A DNA stretch of 32,602 nucleotides from an archaeon. Lineage in GTDB: Archaea > Iainarchaeota > Iainarchaeia > Iainarchaeales > 0-14-0-20-34-12. Of this stretch, positions 9,856 to 20,530 are shown piece after piece; positions within the stretch are counted from its first letter, which is position 1; every line of letters begins with the position of its first letter. The stretch spans positions 1 through 32,602 of the forward strand of contig JBBSVU010000007.1 in assembly GCA_038046645.1 (NCBI GenBank), in the 5' to 3' direction. The notes under the pieces were generated by a model. The model was not told the origin of the DNA. It worked only from the letters and a program-made list of their open reading frames with translations, and ran no database searches. Both the position numbers and the translations under genes were made by a program.

Positions 9856-11259
9856 GTGATGAATATGCTTAAAGTTCTGTTAATAAATCCCTCAGAATCG
9901 CTTGCTGTCTACAATGTATCCAAAATAAAGATGGCATTGTCAGAAATACCTTTGTTATCGCTTGCTGTTTTAGGCGGCAACCTGCTAAGAAATAATGTAG
10001 AAACAGAAATTTTGGATTTATCAGTAAGCGAAAAGCCAAATGATGATTTAATTAACAAATTTAATGAATTTAAGCCTGATATTGTTGGCATAACCTTTAC
10101 TACACCACTTTTTAGCGAGGCAAAGAGGATTGCTGAGAAATTAAAAGAATTAAACCCAAAAGTAATTTTAGTGTGTGGTGGTGTTCACACATCTTCAATG
10201 CCTGTAGAAACATTAAAAGAAAGCCTTTTTGACATCGGGGTTGTTGGGGAAGGGGATGATACTATTGTAGAGATAGCCCAGAATAAACCTTGGGATATGA
10301 TTAAGGGGATAGTTTACAGGAAAGGAAATGAGATAAGGGTAAATCAGCCAAGAGAATTAATACAAAGCCTTGATTCGCTTGCTATGCCTGCCTGGAATCT
10401 TTATGATATACATAAATATCATTCTTCAAAACTTACCAGCAGAAAAAATCCTGTTGGCGCGATAGAAACAAGCAGGGGTTGTGTATTCGGATGCATTTAT
10501 TGCAATAAAAGCATATTTGGGAGAAGATTCCGTTTTAAAAGCCCTGAAAGAGTGCTTACTGAGATAGAATACATGCTAAGCAAGGGATTTAATGAAATTC
10601 ATGTCTGGGATGACAATTTTGTAACTAATTTGGACAGGGCAAAAAAAGTATGCAAAATGATTATTGAGAAAAAATTGAAGTTTAGCTGGTGCCTTGCCTG
10701 CGGAGTAAGGGTAGATTGTGTTGATAAAGAATTCTTAGAACTTGCAAAGAAAGCAGGTTGCTATGCTGTTTACTTTGGCGTTGAAACCGGCGATGCAGAA
10801 ATAATGAAAAGGATAGACAAGGGCATTACTTTGGACAAAGCAAGAACCGCATTCAAGCTTGCAAAAGAATCAAACCTAGAAACAGTCGGGTTTTTTATGA
10901 TAGGATTGCCAGGGGAAACAATTGAAACAATGGAAAAAACAATCAATTTTGCAACCGAGCTTGATCCTGATTATGCAAAGGTAACAATTACTGTCCCCTA
11001 TCCGTCAACCAAATTGTATAGTTATCTTGAAGAAAAGGGGCTTATAAAAAACAAGGACTGGGATAAATATAATTTCCACACGCCTTCAAAGGTTTATGAC
11101 CATGAAACCCTGGATTGGGAAACACTCAATAAATATTATGACCTTTTTTATAAGAGATTCTATTTCAGGCCAAAATACCTGATAAGAAGGATAATAAAGG
11201 GCATAAAAAGCGGAAGATTAATCATGGAATTGTATTATGCAATGAAAACATGGGGCTAA
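9856..11259 (+). CDS. B12-binding domain radical SAM enzyme
   Basis: N-terminal B12-binding domain (PDIVGIT, GGVH, GEGD), TSRGCVFGCIYC cluster motif, FGVETG, FMIGLPGET. Start may instead be ATG 9859 or 9865. Confidence 0.92.
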   Translation: MMNMLKVLLINPSESLAVYNVSKIKMALSEIPLLSLAVLGGNLLRNNVETEILDLSVSEKPNDDLINKFNEFKPDIVGITFTTPLFSEAKRIAEKLKELNPKVILVCGGVHTSSMPVETLKESLFDIGVVGEGDDTIVEIAQNKPWDMIKGIVYRKGNEIRVNQPRELIQSLDSLAMPAWNLYDIHKYHSSKLTSRKNPVGAIETSRGCVFGCIYCNKSIFGRRFRFKSPERVLTEIEYMLSKGFNEIHVWDDNFVTNLDRAKKVCKMIIEKKLKFSWCLACGVRVDCVDKEFLELAKKAGCYAVYFGVETGDAEIMKRIDKGITLDKARTAFKLAKESNLETVGFFMIGLPGETIETMEKTINFATELDPDYAKVTITVPYPSTKLYSYLEEKGLIKNKDWDKYNFHTPSKVYDHETLDWETLNKYYDLFYKRFYFRPKYLIRRIIKGIKSGRLIMELYYAMKTWG

Positions 11260-11260
11260 C

Positions 11261-12403
11261 ATGGAATTAAATGGGAAAAACCAAAAACAAATTTTAAAAG
11301 ATACAATTATCAGAAATAAATATCTTTTTATCATCCTGATTCTGGCGCTTTTTTTAAGGGTGTATGGTTTAAGCACAATGGGGTTGGGGGTAGATGAAAC
11401 CCTTACAATTAAACAAGCGCAGGATTTTTCACAGATATCCTATCTTGCAAAAACAGTAGAATTCAGCCCTCCTTTGTACTACTTAATTGTATTCACAATA
11501 TTCCAAGCAACGCATGATTTCTTTTATGTGAGATTATTCTCCGCAATAATGGGCATTATTTTAGTATTGCTAATTTTTATTCTAACTAGGGAAATATTCG
11601 GGGAGAATACTGCAACAATTGCAGCATTCCTTGCAGCAATAAACCCGAGCCTAATCGCCTACTCCCATTTAATGAGAAATTACGAATTCTTCTTTGTGTT
11701 AATTTTTTTGACAATTATTTTTACAAAAAAGTATGCTAAAACAGGGAAAAATCTTGCAAATCTTGCTGCCTCGAATGTGATTATGCTGCTGACAGCATAT
11801 CACGGCTTTTTTATCTTGGCAGCTGAATGCCTATTTTTGAAATTAAGCAAGGTGAAAAATCGGATTATAATAGGGCTAATTGCAATTGCAGTAATAGCTC
11901 TTCTGCCACTTATTCCGCTTTTACTCAAAAGAACCGCAGATTGGAATGCGATATATGCTAAAATATACTTTTTAAATTTAGGCCAGATTGCTATTGATTT
12001 CTTTTACATGCTTTACAAATTATCTATTGGCGGCCTTACCCTAAAAACAGCAATAGCTATAACCCCTGCATTATTTATTGTAATTCCCGTAGCCCTATTT
12101 TTATTCTTCAAAGGCATTTGGATTGAAAAAGGCAGGGATTATGTTCTGCATTATTTTTTACTTATACCCGCGGGGATTGCATTAGTTTTCGGCCTAACAG
12201 GTTCTCTTATGTTCAATCACAAATATTTGGCATACCTAATTCCAATATTTCTGATTTTTGTGGCAAACGGACTTGCAAAAATAAAAAATCAGAAACTGCA
12301 AAAAATTTTACTTGCAATAATTATAGTGTGCTGGTTTGTGGCAATATTGACTTTTTATTCAATCAGCAAAACAGACGGCTGGAATGCTTATTTGGGATTA
12401 TAA
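11261..12403 (+). CDS. GT-C superfamily membrane glycosyltransferase (GT39/GT83, PMT/ArnT-like)
   Basis: LALFLR TM1 followed by a DE motif (GVDE), SPPLYY, RLFSAI, AFLAAINP; about 10 TM segments. Confidence 0.8.
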   Translation: MELNGKNQKQILKDTIIRNKYLFIILILALFLRVYGLSTMGLGVDETLTIKQAQDFSQISYLAKTVEFSPPLYYLIVFTIFQATHDFFYVRLFSAIMGIILVLLIFILTREIFGENTATIAAFLAAINPSLIAYSHLMRNYEFFFVLIFLTIIFTKKYAKTGKNLANLAASNVIMLLTAYHGFFILAAECLFLKLSKVKNRIIIGLIAIAVIALLPLIPLLLKRTADWNAIYAKIYFLNLGQIAIDFFYMLYKLSIGGLTLKTAIAITPALFIVIPVALFLFFKGIWIEKGRDYVLHYFLLIPAGIALVFGLTGSLMFNHKYLAYLIPIFLIFVANGLAKIKNQKLQKILLAIIIVCWFVAILTFYSISKTDGWNAYLGL

Positions 12404-12452
12404 AAATTAAAAGTAAAAGCATATTGCTTCAGCAAATAAAAAACAAAAATAG

Positions 12453-13529
12453 TTAGCTGGTTTTACTTGCATCCTTCACTGCTTCAAATAATCTCCTTGC
12501 TTTTGAATCCTTTTCAAAATGCTCCCTAATTGGCTTGATAAATTGATTAAGGTAAGCACTTACTGCATTTTTCAAATCCAAGGGATGAATCTTTCCTGCT
12601 GCAAAAGCAGCTTCCAAAGAAACATAATCCTCAAATTCAACTGTACCGCCAAACTTTGCAGGCCTTTCAATCTTGAATGTTTTGATTTTTTCAAAAATAA
12701 TATATTTGCAATACTCCAAAACAGGATTTTCAATTACCTGCTTTTCAGGGCAAAAAGCCTTATTGATTTTGCGCTTCACATCATCCTCTGAATCGGTCAT
12801 GAAGATGCAGGTGTCAGGCTTTGATTTAGACATTTTCATTTCAATGCCTCTATCAATTCCTGTTAAATTTGATTCCGGCGGCTGGCCCAAGCCTAATAAC
12901 ATGTGGTGAGATATAACAACCGGCTTCTTGTAGCCTAATTTCGGAGCAACCTCCCTTGCCAGCATATTGACCTTTCTTTGGTCCATCCCTAATTGGGTAA
13001 TATCAACATCAAACTCAAAAATATCTGCGCATTGCATGCAGGGATAAATTATCTGCGAGGCCTGCTGAACCTCTTCTTCTTTTCTGCCCATAATCTGGCC
13101 GCAGCGCAGCATTCTTTTAACTGTTGAATTTTGTGCAACCCTCATAACCTTTTTCCAGTATTCCTGGTTGCCTACAACATCTACTGCCCTAATAAATTCA
13201 ACCTTTTTCACATCCATGCCGCAGGCTTTCCAAACCTCGATAAGGTAATCACCTGCAATTTGAATCTTATCCAAATCACCGCCGAATTTCAAATTAGTCC
13301 AGGCATGCCAGTCAGCAGCATACATCTTGAATTTAATCCCTGCATCAAGCATCTTGTTTACATTTATTGCCCTAAGGACTCCTTGTGCTATGTGCGGATT
13401 CCCACTCGGCTCAAAACCATCATAGGCAATTGGCCTGTCATTTGTTTCAAGAAGGTTTTTCAGCTCTTCTTCTGTAACAATCTCCTCGCCAATTGATTTT
13501 ACCAATTCAAAACGTTTTTCTGAATCCAT
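12453..13529 (-). CDS. tyrS: Tyrosine--tRNA ligase, archaeal/eukaryotic type
   Basis: YDGFEPSG, HIAQ (HIGH variant), YPCMQCAD, GMDQRK, KMSKS, HPLDLK. Confidence 0.96.
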   Translation of the reverse strand: MDSEKRFELVKSIGEEIVTEEELKNLLETNDRPIAYDGFEPSGNPHIAQGVLRAINVNKMLDAGIKFKMYAADWHAWTNLKFGGDLDKIQIAGDYLIEVWKACGMDVKKVEFIRAVDVVGNQEYWKKVMRVAQNSTVKRMLRCGQIMGRKEEEVQQASQIIYPCMQCADIFEFDVDITQLGMDQRKVNMLAREVAPKLGYKKPVVISHHMLLGLGQPPESNLTGIDRGIEMKMSKSKPDTCIFMTDSEDDVKRKINKAFCPEKQVIENPVLEYCKYIIFEKIKTFKIERPAKFGGTVEFEDYVSLEAAFAAGKIHPLDLKNAVSAYLNQFIKPIREHFEKDSKARRLFEAVKDASKTS

Positions 13530-13596
13530 ACTATCACAAAGTACAATAAATTAAGGCAATTAGGATTAAAACATTAACCATCATAAAAAGATTATT

Positions 13597-14313
13597 ATGA
13601 TAGGACGAAGACCCCCACTAGCTAAACCAAAACCTAAGAAAATTATTAAAAAAGGCAGAATTGCCAGAAGAACTGATTCTGATGCAAATGCTATTGTAAA
13701 AAAATATATTAGATTTACAAAAAGCATTGCTAGGGAAATGGCTGATTCTATGAGATTGACTCCAAATCTTAAAGACGAACTTAATTCCGTTGCCCTTGAA
13801 GCACTTGTTGTTTCATCAAGAAGAATTAGGATTACTGATGAAAATGAATTAATGGGTTATTTAGGAAAAAGAATACGTGGGGCGATTATTGATTTTCTCA
13901 GGAAGGAAATTATCACAAAAAGAGGAACTAAACGTAAGAGTTACCAAGAAATAAAAGACCCAAAATTGCAAGTAAGTGAAGATATGGCTTACAAGAAGGC
14001 TTTATCGAAAAAAGGCCAGGGCAGGTCTAGGGAGTTGCCTCCTGAAGAAAAAGCAGTAATAAGTGATGCGTTAGGCAAAATAAAGGCAAGCATTAGGAAA
14101 AGATGCAATGGGACGAGGGTGTTAGGGGTAATGCAAATGATATCAAAGGGTTTGACTAATAAAGAAATTGCGGATAAATTAAACGTAACTGAGAGCAGGA
14201 TTTCCCAAATAGTTCATTTGGACATTGAACCAGTATTAACCAGATATGGCTTAAGCGGGAATATTTTGGAATTAATAGCACTTTCCGGCGAGATTGGATT
14301 CACGTGGAGATAA
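13597..14313 (+). CDS. Sigma-70 family (FliA/WhiG-like) RNA polymerase sigma factor homolog with basic N-terminal extension
   Basis: Region 2-like DELNSVALEALV..YLGKRIRGAIIDFLR (cf. FliA RIRGAMLDELR); region 4 HTH LTNKEIADKLNVTESRISQI (cf. FliA LNLKEIGAVLEVGESRVSQL). Confidence 0.8.
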   Translation: MIGRRPPLAKPKPKKIIKKGRIARRTDSDANAIVKKYIRFTKSIAREMADSMRLTPNLKDELNSVALEALVVSSRRIRITDENELMGYLGKRIRGAIIDFLRKEIITKRGTKRKSYQEIKDPKLQVSEDMAYKKALSKKGQGRSRELPPEEKAVISDALGKIKASIRKRCNGTRVLGVMQMISKGLTNKEIADKLNVTESRISQIVHLDIEPVLTRYGLSGNILELIALSGEIGFTWR

Positions 14314-14376
14314 TAGAAAAGCAGAGAATCACCCTTACAAATAAGGTATAAAAATCAATCCTTAATATAGATTTAT

Positions 14377-15105
14377 ATGGCAAATAGCATTGATCCTGAA
14401 AATAAAGGGCATATACTCGAATTTGCTTTTGTTATTGCCTTGGTTTTTGCATTCTTATCTTTAGGTTTGCAGATGCAAACAGGCAATTTTTCAATGTGGT
14501 TGGCCGGTAATGATAGCATAAAAATTACGGTTCTTGAGAAGGACAGTTTGAAGCCAGTATCCAATAGTACAGTAGGGGTAAGCAACATAGATATTTTTAA
14601 TGTGAAATCTGGCAGCACTAAGCTTGCTGCCGCAAAGAGTGGCACGGATGGCAAAGCTGAAATTCCTGTTAAAACCGCTCTTTTATTATTGGGACTAAAC
14701 TCTATGCCTCAAAACATTTACTTGGTCGCTTTTCCGCCATCGAATGCCTATGAACAATCGATTGAGAAGGTAAAATATATTGCAAACACTGAATATAAAA
14801 TATATTTGAAAAAGAAGATGCCAGCAGCAATAAAAGTGGAGATTTACAAGGGAAGCAAGATATATGCCAAAGATGTAAAATTGCTGCTTGAACTTGGAAA
14901 TAAGGCTGTTTGCAAGATATTGGTAACAGCATCAATGAAAGGAAAGATTGAGCTGACAAACAAAACAAAAGGATGCCTTGAAAATATTTGGGTTGGTTCA
15001 GGCTATAAGCTAACAATCCTGCCAATAAACAAGGAATTCAAGGAAATAAAAGAAAACATTACGATTGCAAAAAGCCCATATGCCAAAAAAATGACGATTA
15101 AATAA
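14377..15105 (+). CDS. Hypothetical membrane-anchored protein with beta-sandwich (carboxypeptidase regulatory-like) extracellular domains
   Basis: Single N-terminal TM helix; ITVLEKDSLKPVSNSTV and TDGKAEI segments resemble this fold; Lys-rich. Confidence 0.55.
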   Translation: MANSIDPENKGHILEFAFVIALVFAFLSLGLQMQTGNFSMWLAGNDSIKITVLEKDSLKPVSNSTVGVSNIDIFNVKSGSTKLAAAKSGTDGKAEIPVKTALLLLGLNSMPQNIYLVAFPPSNAYEQSIEKVKYIANTEYKIYLKKKMPAAIKVEIYKGSKIYAKDVKLLLELGNKAVCKILVTASMKGKIELTNKTKGCLENIWVGSGYKLTILPINKEFKEIKENITIAKSPYAKKMTIK

Positions 15106-15137
15106 AGGTTTTTGCTAGTGGCAAATTCTCGGATATT

Positions 15138-15179
15138 TTTTTACTATTGACGAATTATGCTATTTTTACTATTGACGAA
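15138..15179 (+). repeat. Perfect 17-bp direct repeat TTTTTACTATTGACGAA x2 upstream of thi4
   Basis: Copies at 15138-15154 and 15163-15179 (25-bp period), read directly. Confidence 0.85.
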
Positions 15180-15270
15180 GTATTCTTCTAAATCAACAAT
15201 TGGATTATTAAATAGTTGTTATTTTTAATAAATAGTTGAATTGAAAAATGAAATTGTAAAGGGTGAAGCG

Positions 15271-16068
15271 ATGCACATTAATTCTAAAGTTGACGAGGCA
15301 GACATTTCCAGGGCAATAATTGAAGAGTACATGAAAGAACTCTATGATTACACAGAATGCGATGTTATTGTTGTTGGCTCAGGCCCTTCAGGAAGTGTTG
15401 CTGCAAAGATACTTGCTGAAAACGGCTTGAAAACTGCTATTTTTGAAAGGAATTTGAAGCCAGGAGGCGGCATGTATGTTGGCGGCATGTTAATGAATAA
15501 ACTTGTAGTGGAAAGTCCAGCTGAAAAAATCCTAAAAGATGCAGGCGTAAATTCCCTAAAGGAATACAAAAAAGGGCTTTATGTTTGTGATGCTGTAGAA
15601 GCAGGCATAAAATTAATTGCAGAAGCAATCGATGCAGGTGCAAAGGTATTCAATGCAATTGAAACAGTTGATGTGATTTACAGAAAAACAGGCATCTGCG
15701 GAATTGTTGCAAACTGGCATGCTGTTTCAGCTTTGCCAAAATTCATCACATGTGTGGATCCATTATGCTTCAAGAGCAAAATGGTAATTGATGCAACCGG
15801 GCACGCTGCTGAGGTTGCAAGAGTAGCCTCTGAAAAAATAGGGTTCAAATTTGTAGGAAGGGAAGGCTCAATGTGGGTTGAGGAAGCTGAAAAAGCCACC
15901 CTTAAACATACGAAAGAAATCTATCCTGGGTTGATTGTCTGCGGGATGGCAGCAAACAGTGCTTATGGCGCTCCAAGGATGGGTCCAATATTCGGGGCAA
16001 TGTTCCTGTCAGGGCAGAAGGCGGCACAGCTTACAATACAAAAATTGAAAAAACAGAAGAAGAAATAA
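15271..16068 (+). CDS. thi4: Thiazole synthase Thi4 (Cys-type)
   Basis: VVGSGPSG, FERNLKPGGG, CVDP, IDATGH, APRMGPIFGAMFLSG; ATG 15271 follows a GGGTGA RBS. Confidence 0.93.
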   Translation: MHINSKVDEADISRAIIEEYMKELYDYTECDVIVVGSGPSGSVAAKILAENGLKTAIFERNLKPGGGMYVGGMLMNKLVVESPAEKILKDAGVNSLKEYKKGLYVCDAVEAGIKLIAEAIDAGAKVFNAIETVDVIYRKTGICGIVANWHAVSALPKFITCVDPLCFKSKMVIDATGHAAEVARVASEKIGFKFVGREGSMWVEEAEKATLKHTKEIYPGLIVCGMAANSAYGAPRMGPIFGAMFLSGQKAAQLTIQKLKKQKKK

Positions 16069-16092
16069 ACTTCAATTGAAAAAATTGTTAAG

Positions 16093-16119
16093 AAGAAGAG
16101 GTAATTCTCTTCTTTTTTT
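16093..16119 (+). terminator. Possible terminator after thi4 (8-bp stem plus T tract)
   Basis: AAGAAGAG-gtaatt-CTCTTCTT followed by TTTTT. Confidence 0.4.
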
Positions 16120-16134
16120 ATATTTTAGGAAAAT

Positions 16135-16581
16135 ATGCGAATTTTAAAACTAAATGAAAAGGATATTCAAAAAATAATTGATTTGGATATTGCCTCATTT
16201 GGGCTTAATTATGATTTGCCGGCAATTACTGAAAAGCAGGTTAGAAAAATATTGGGCAAAGGAATTATTTTAGGCATTAAAGAAAATGGAATCCTAATTT
16301 CAAACATCCAGGTTGCGGAAAAGAAAAAAAATGTTTGGTTTATTGAGGGAATAGCAACAATTCCTGAGAAACAGCACAAAGGGCTTGCAGAAATATTGCT
16401 GAAAAAAGCAATAAAGATTAGCAGGCAAAAAAGGATAATGAAAATTTCTGCTTTGATAAGGCCTTGCAACCAGAAAAGCATAAATCTGTTTTTGAAAAAC
16501 GGGTTCAAAAAAATAAAAATCATAGAAAATTACTATGGAAAAGGCAAGGATCGAATTTTGGCAGAATTAGCAATAAAATAA
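16135..16581 (+). CDS. GNAT family N-acetyltransferase (RimI-like)
   Basis: IATIPEKQHKGLAEILL acetyl-CoA motif A; N..SINLFLKNGF; ENYYG. Confidence 0.85.
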   Translation: MRILKLNEKDIQKIIDLDIASFGLNYDLPAITEKQVRKILGKGIILGIKENGILISNIQVAEKKKNVWFIEGIATIPEKQHKGLAEILLKKAIKISRQKRIMKISALIRPCNQKSINLFLKNGFKKIKIIENYYGKGKDRILAELAIK

Positions 16582-16592
16582 AAAATACTTTC

Positions 16593-17852
<1,260 letters not shown>

Positions 17853-18058
17853 TCAATCCCCCAATATCCACAAAAATAAAAATTCAGAAAAGTATTAAGA
17901 TTACTAACCAAATTCCCCATTATTCTTACTAGGAAAGACTTTAAAAAACATTCTGCTTAATTAGGTTAATCTATATAATTATGTACGAAATTAGGATAAT
18001 TATACTATATGGTTTATATTAAGAAAAGCAGGGTTAATATAAAAGAAATGGTGGTTGC

Positions 18059-19486
18059 ATGGAAGAAGGTCTTACGTTTGATGATGTTTTGTTAAAGCCA
18101 AAATACTCACAAATACTACCTAAAGAGGTGGATGTCAGAAGTAAATTAACAAATAACATCGAATTGAATGTTCCATTGCTAAGTTCGGCAATGGATACAG
18201 TAACTGAATCAAAAACTGCAATCGCAATGGCAAGGGAAGGTTGCATAGGGATAATCCACAAAAATATGCCGGCAAACAGGCAGGCTGAAGAGGTAATTAA
18301 AGTAAAAAGGGCGGAATCATTAATTGTAATAGACCCTGTAACAGTAAGCCCGAATGATAATTTAGAACAGGTTGCAGCTTTAAGGCAGAAATTTGGGGTA
18401 AACAGCTTCCCTGTGATTGATAAGGGAAAACTTGTAGGCCTGATTACCAAACGGGATATTATATTTGAACACGATTTTACAAAAAAAGTAAAGGACATCA
18501 TGGTTACTGATTTGATTACAGTAAATAAGATGATAGGCCTGGCAGAAGCAAAAGAGATAATGAGGATGAATAAGGTTGAAAAATTACCAGTGATTGATAA
18601 AAACGGAGCTTTGAAAGGATTGATTACAAGCGCAGACATAAGAAAAAGTGAAGTATATAATAATGCATTGAAAGATGCAAAAGGGCATTTGATGGCAGGT
18701 GCTGCAGTAGGCCCAAAGGATATGGAAAGAACTGAGAAATTAGTAAATGCCGAGGTTGATGTTTTGGTAATAGATACAGCACACGGGCATTCAAAAAATG
18801 TAATTGATGCGATTAAGAATTTCAAAAAGCATTTTGAGGTAGATATAATTGCAGGGAATGTTGCAACAGCAAAAGGCGCAAAGGCATTATTGGATGCAGG
18901 GGCTGATGCAATCAAGGTAGGAGTCGGGCCAGGAAGTATTTGCACTACAAGGATAATTACAGGTGTAGGGGTACCGCAATTAACCGCAATAATGGACTGC
19001 TATAAAGCAGTGGGAAATGATATTCCCATAATTGCAGACGGTGGAATTTTATATTCCGGGGACATTACTAAAGCACTAGCAGCAGGTGCTTCCTCAATTA
19101 TGATTGGCTCTTTATTTGCAGGATGTGAGGAAACCCCTGGAAAAGTAATTTATATGAGAAACAGGAAATTCAAGCAATACAGGGGCATGGGTTCTGTTGG
19201 CGCAATGCTGGAAGGCTCAAAGGACAGGTATATGCAGGATTATGTCATTGATAAGGAAAAATTAGTGCCTGAAGGAATTGAAGGGGTTGTTCCATATAAA
19301 GGAAAAATCAGCGAGGTAGTTTACCAATTAATGGGCGGGGTAAAAGCAGGCATGGGCATGATTGGAGCGAAGAATCTTACGGAGTTAAGAAAAAATGCTG
19401 AATTCCTAAAAATAACAGCTGCTTCATTAAAAGAAAGCCATCCGCACAATGTAACAATATTGGAAGAATCGCCAAATTATCCTTAA
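18059..19486 (+). CDS. guaB: IMP dehydrogenase with CBS pair
   Basis: [59 protein letters not shown]. Confidence 0.98.
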   Translation: MEEGLTFDDVLLKPKYSQILPKEVDVRSKLTNNIELNVPLLSSAMDTVTESKTAIAMAREGCIGIIHKNMPANRQAEEVIKVKRAESLIVIDPVTVSPNDNLEQVAALRQKFGVNSFPVIDKGKLVGLITKRDIIFEHDFTKKVKDIMVTDLITVNKMIGLAEAKEIMRMNKVEKLPVIDKNGALKGLITSADIRKSEVYNNALKDAKGHLMAGAAVGPKDMERTEKLVNAEVDVLVIDTAHGHSKNVIDAIKNFKKHFEVDIIAGNVATAKGAKALLDAGADAIKVGVGPGSICTTRIITGVGVPQLTAIMDCYKAVGNDIPIIADGGILYSGDITKALAAGASSIMIGSLFAGCEETPGKVIYMRNRKFKQYRGMGSVGAMLEGSKDRYMQDYVIDKEKLVPEGIEGVVPYKGKISEVVYQLMGGVKAGMGMIGAKNLTELRKNAEFLKITAASLKESHPHNVTILEESPNYP

Positions 19487-19662
19487 AAAACAAAATAAAT
19501 CCCAGACAATCCTTAACTAATTGTATTTTATTCTTTTTTTCTTATTTTTAGGTATGCCTAACAGACCGCAGCATATAATTGCACTTGCAAAAAAGCAGCA
19601 TACTATTTATGTCAAAGCAAGGTACTCAAAACAGCCGGCTTAATATTTCATTTTTTATTTTT

Positions 19663-20475
19663 TTATTCCTTTATGATATATACCTTTCCATCCCTAACTG
19701 AATAATTCAAGAAAGACCTATTTATTTTTTGCAGCAATTCTGCCCTTACTGCTTCGGTTACAGGATATCTGCTGGCAAGGGTTTCAAAGAATTTTTTTAC
19801 ATGTGCTTGGCCTGGCAGGAGAATTGCTGCAGAATGCAATAAATCAAAATAGTCCTGATGAAAATAATCAAAGATTTCTTTAGGGTTAGTCCAGTCTAAA
19901 CTTCGCAAATCCCCTTTTTTCCAGTCAATTATTCTTAAGGCATAGCCTGAGCCTCTTCTTATCAAGGCAATATTCCCTGCATGGATATGATTGTGTGAAA
20001 CACGCAAAGCATGAATCCTTGACATTATGCCGGCAAGTTTATCCAAAACAGCAATTCTTTGTTTTTGGCTCAGGGAAGATTCAAGTGAAGATAAAGAATT
20101 TCCTGCAACAGCATAACCCATTGCATGCATAGAACCTAAAGGTTTAATTGCAGGCTTTCTTTCTGGTCCCTGAAAAAATGATTCTTCAACCGGCAAACCC
20201 TTGGATAGTAAAAATCTTATAAGCCTCAAACTATGAGCAGCAACATTTCTTCGGAAATAAGCAACTGGCTTTCCGGTCCTAAGATTCATTATTGCATGGG
20301 TGTCTGAACCGCCTACCCTGTCAAAACCATATTTTGTTGAAATATCCTTTGGAGAAATATCATTAGAACCAGCGTCAACAACAAGCCTTCTGCCTTTCCT
20401 TGATTTTGCAATGCCTTCAGCAACAAAGGCTGGCATAATTATTTTTGAACTTGGCTTTGAATATCTCCTCTTCAT
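19663..20475 (-). CDS. Protein-kinase-like fold protein with HNHIHAGN catalytic loop
   Basis: LAGIMSRIHALRVSHNHIHAGNIAL...IIDW matches the H.D.h..N / DFG pattern, with His at the catalytic Asp position. Confidence 0.6.
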   Translation of the reverse strand: MKRRYSKPSSKIIMPAFVAEGIAKSRKGRRLVVDAGSNDISPKDISTKYGFDRVGGSDTHAIMNLRTGKPVAYFRRNVAAHSLRLIRFLLSKGLPVEESFFQGPERKPAIKPLGSMHAMGYAVAGNSLSSLESSLSQKQRIAVLDKLAGIMSRIHALRVSHNHIHAGNIALIRRGSGYALRIIDWKKGDLRSLDWTNPKEIFDYFHQDYFDLLHSAAILLPGQAHVKKFFETLASRYPVTEAVRAELLQKINRSFLNYSVRDGKVYIIKE

Positions 20476-20530
20476 ATAAACAACTAATATTAAAAGAGTT
20501 TATTTACTTTTTGCACATAGGTATATAGGA

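Noticed and set aside
13380..13410. HIAQ instead of HIGH in TyrRS
   Set aside because: Known variant in a subset of archaeal and eukaryotic TyrRS; not novel.
15138..15179. Direct repeat as a mini-CRISPR
   Set aside because: Only two 17-bp copies with an 8-bp spacer, and no cas genes.
18034..18945. 303-aa antisense ORF
   Set aside because: Lies opposite guaB; a shadow frame with no motifs.
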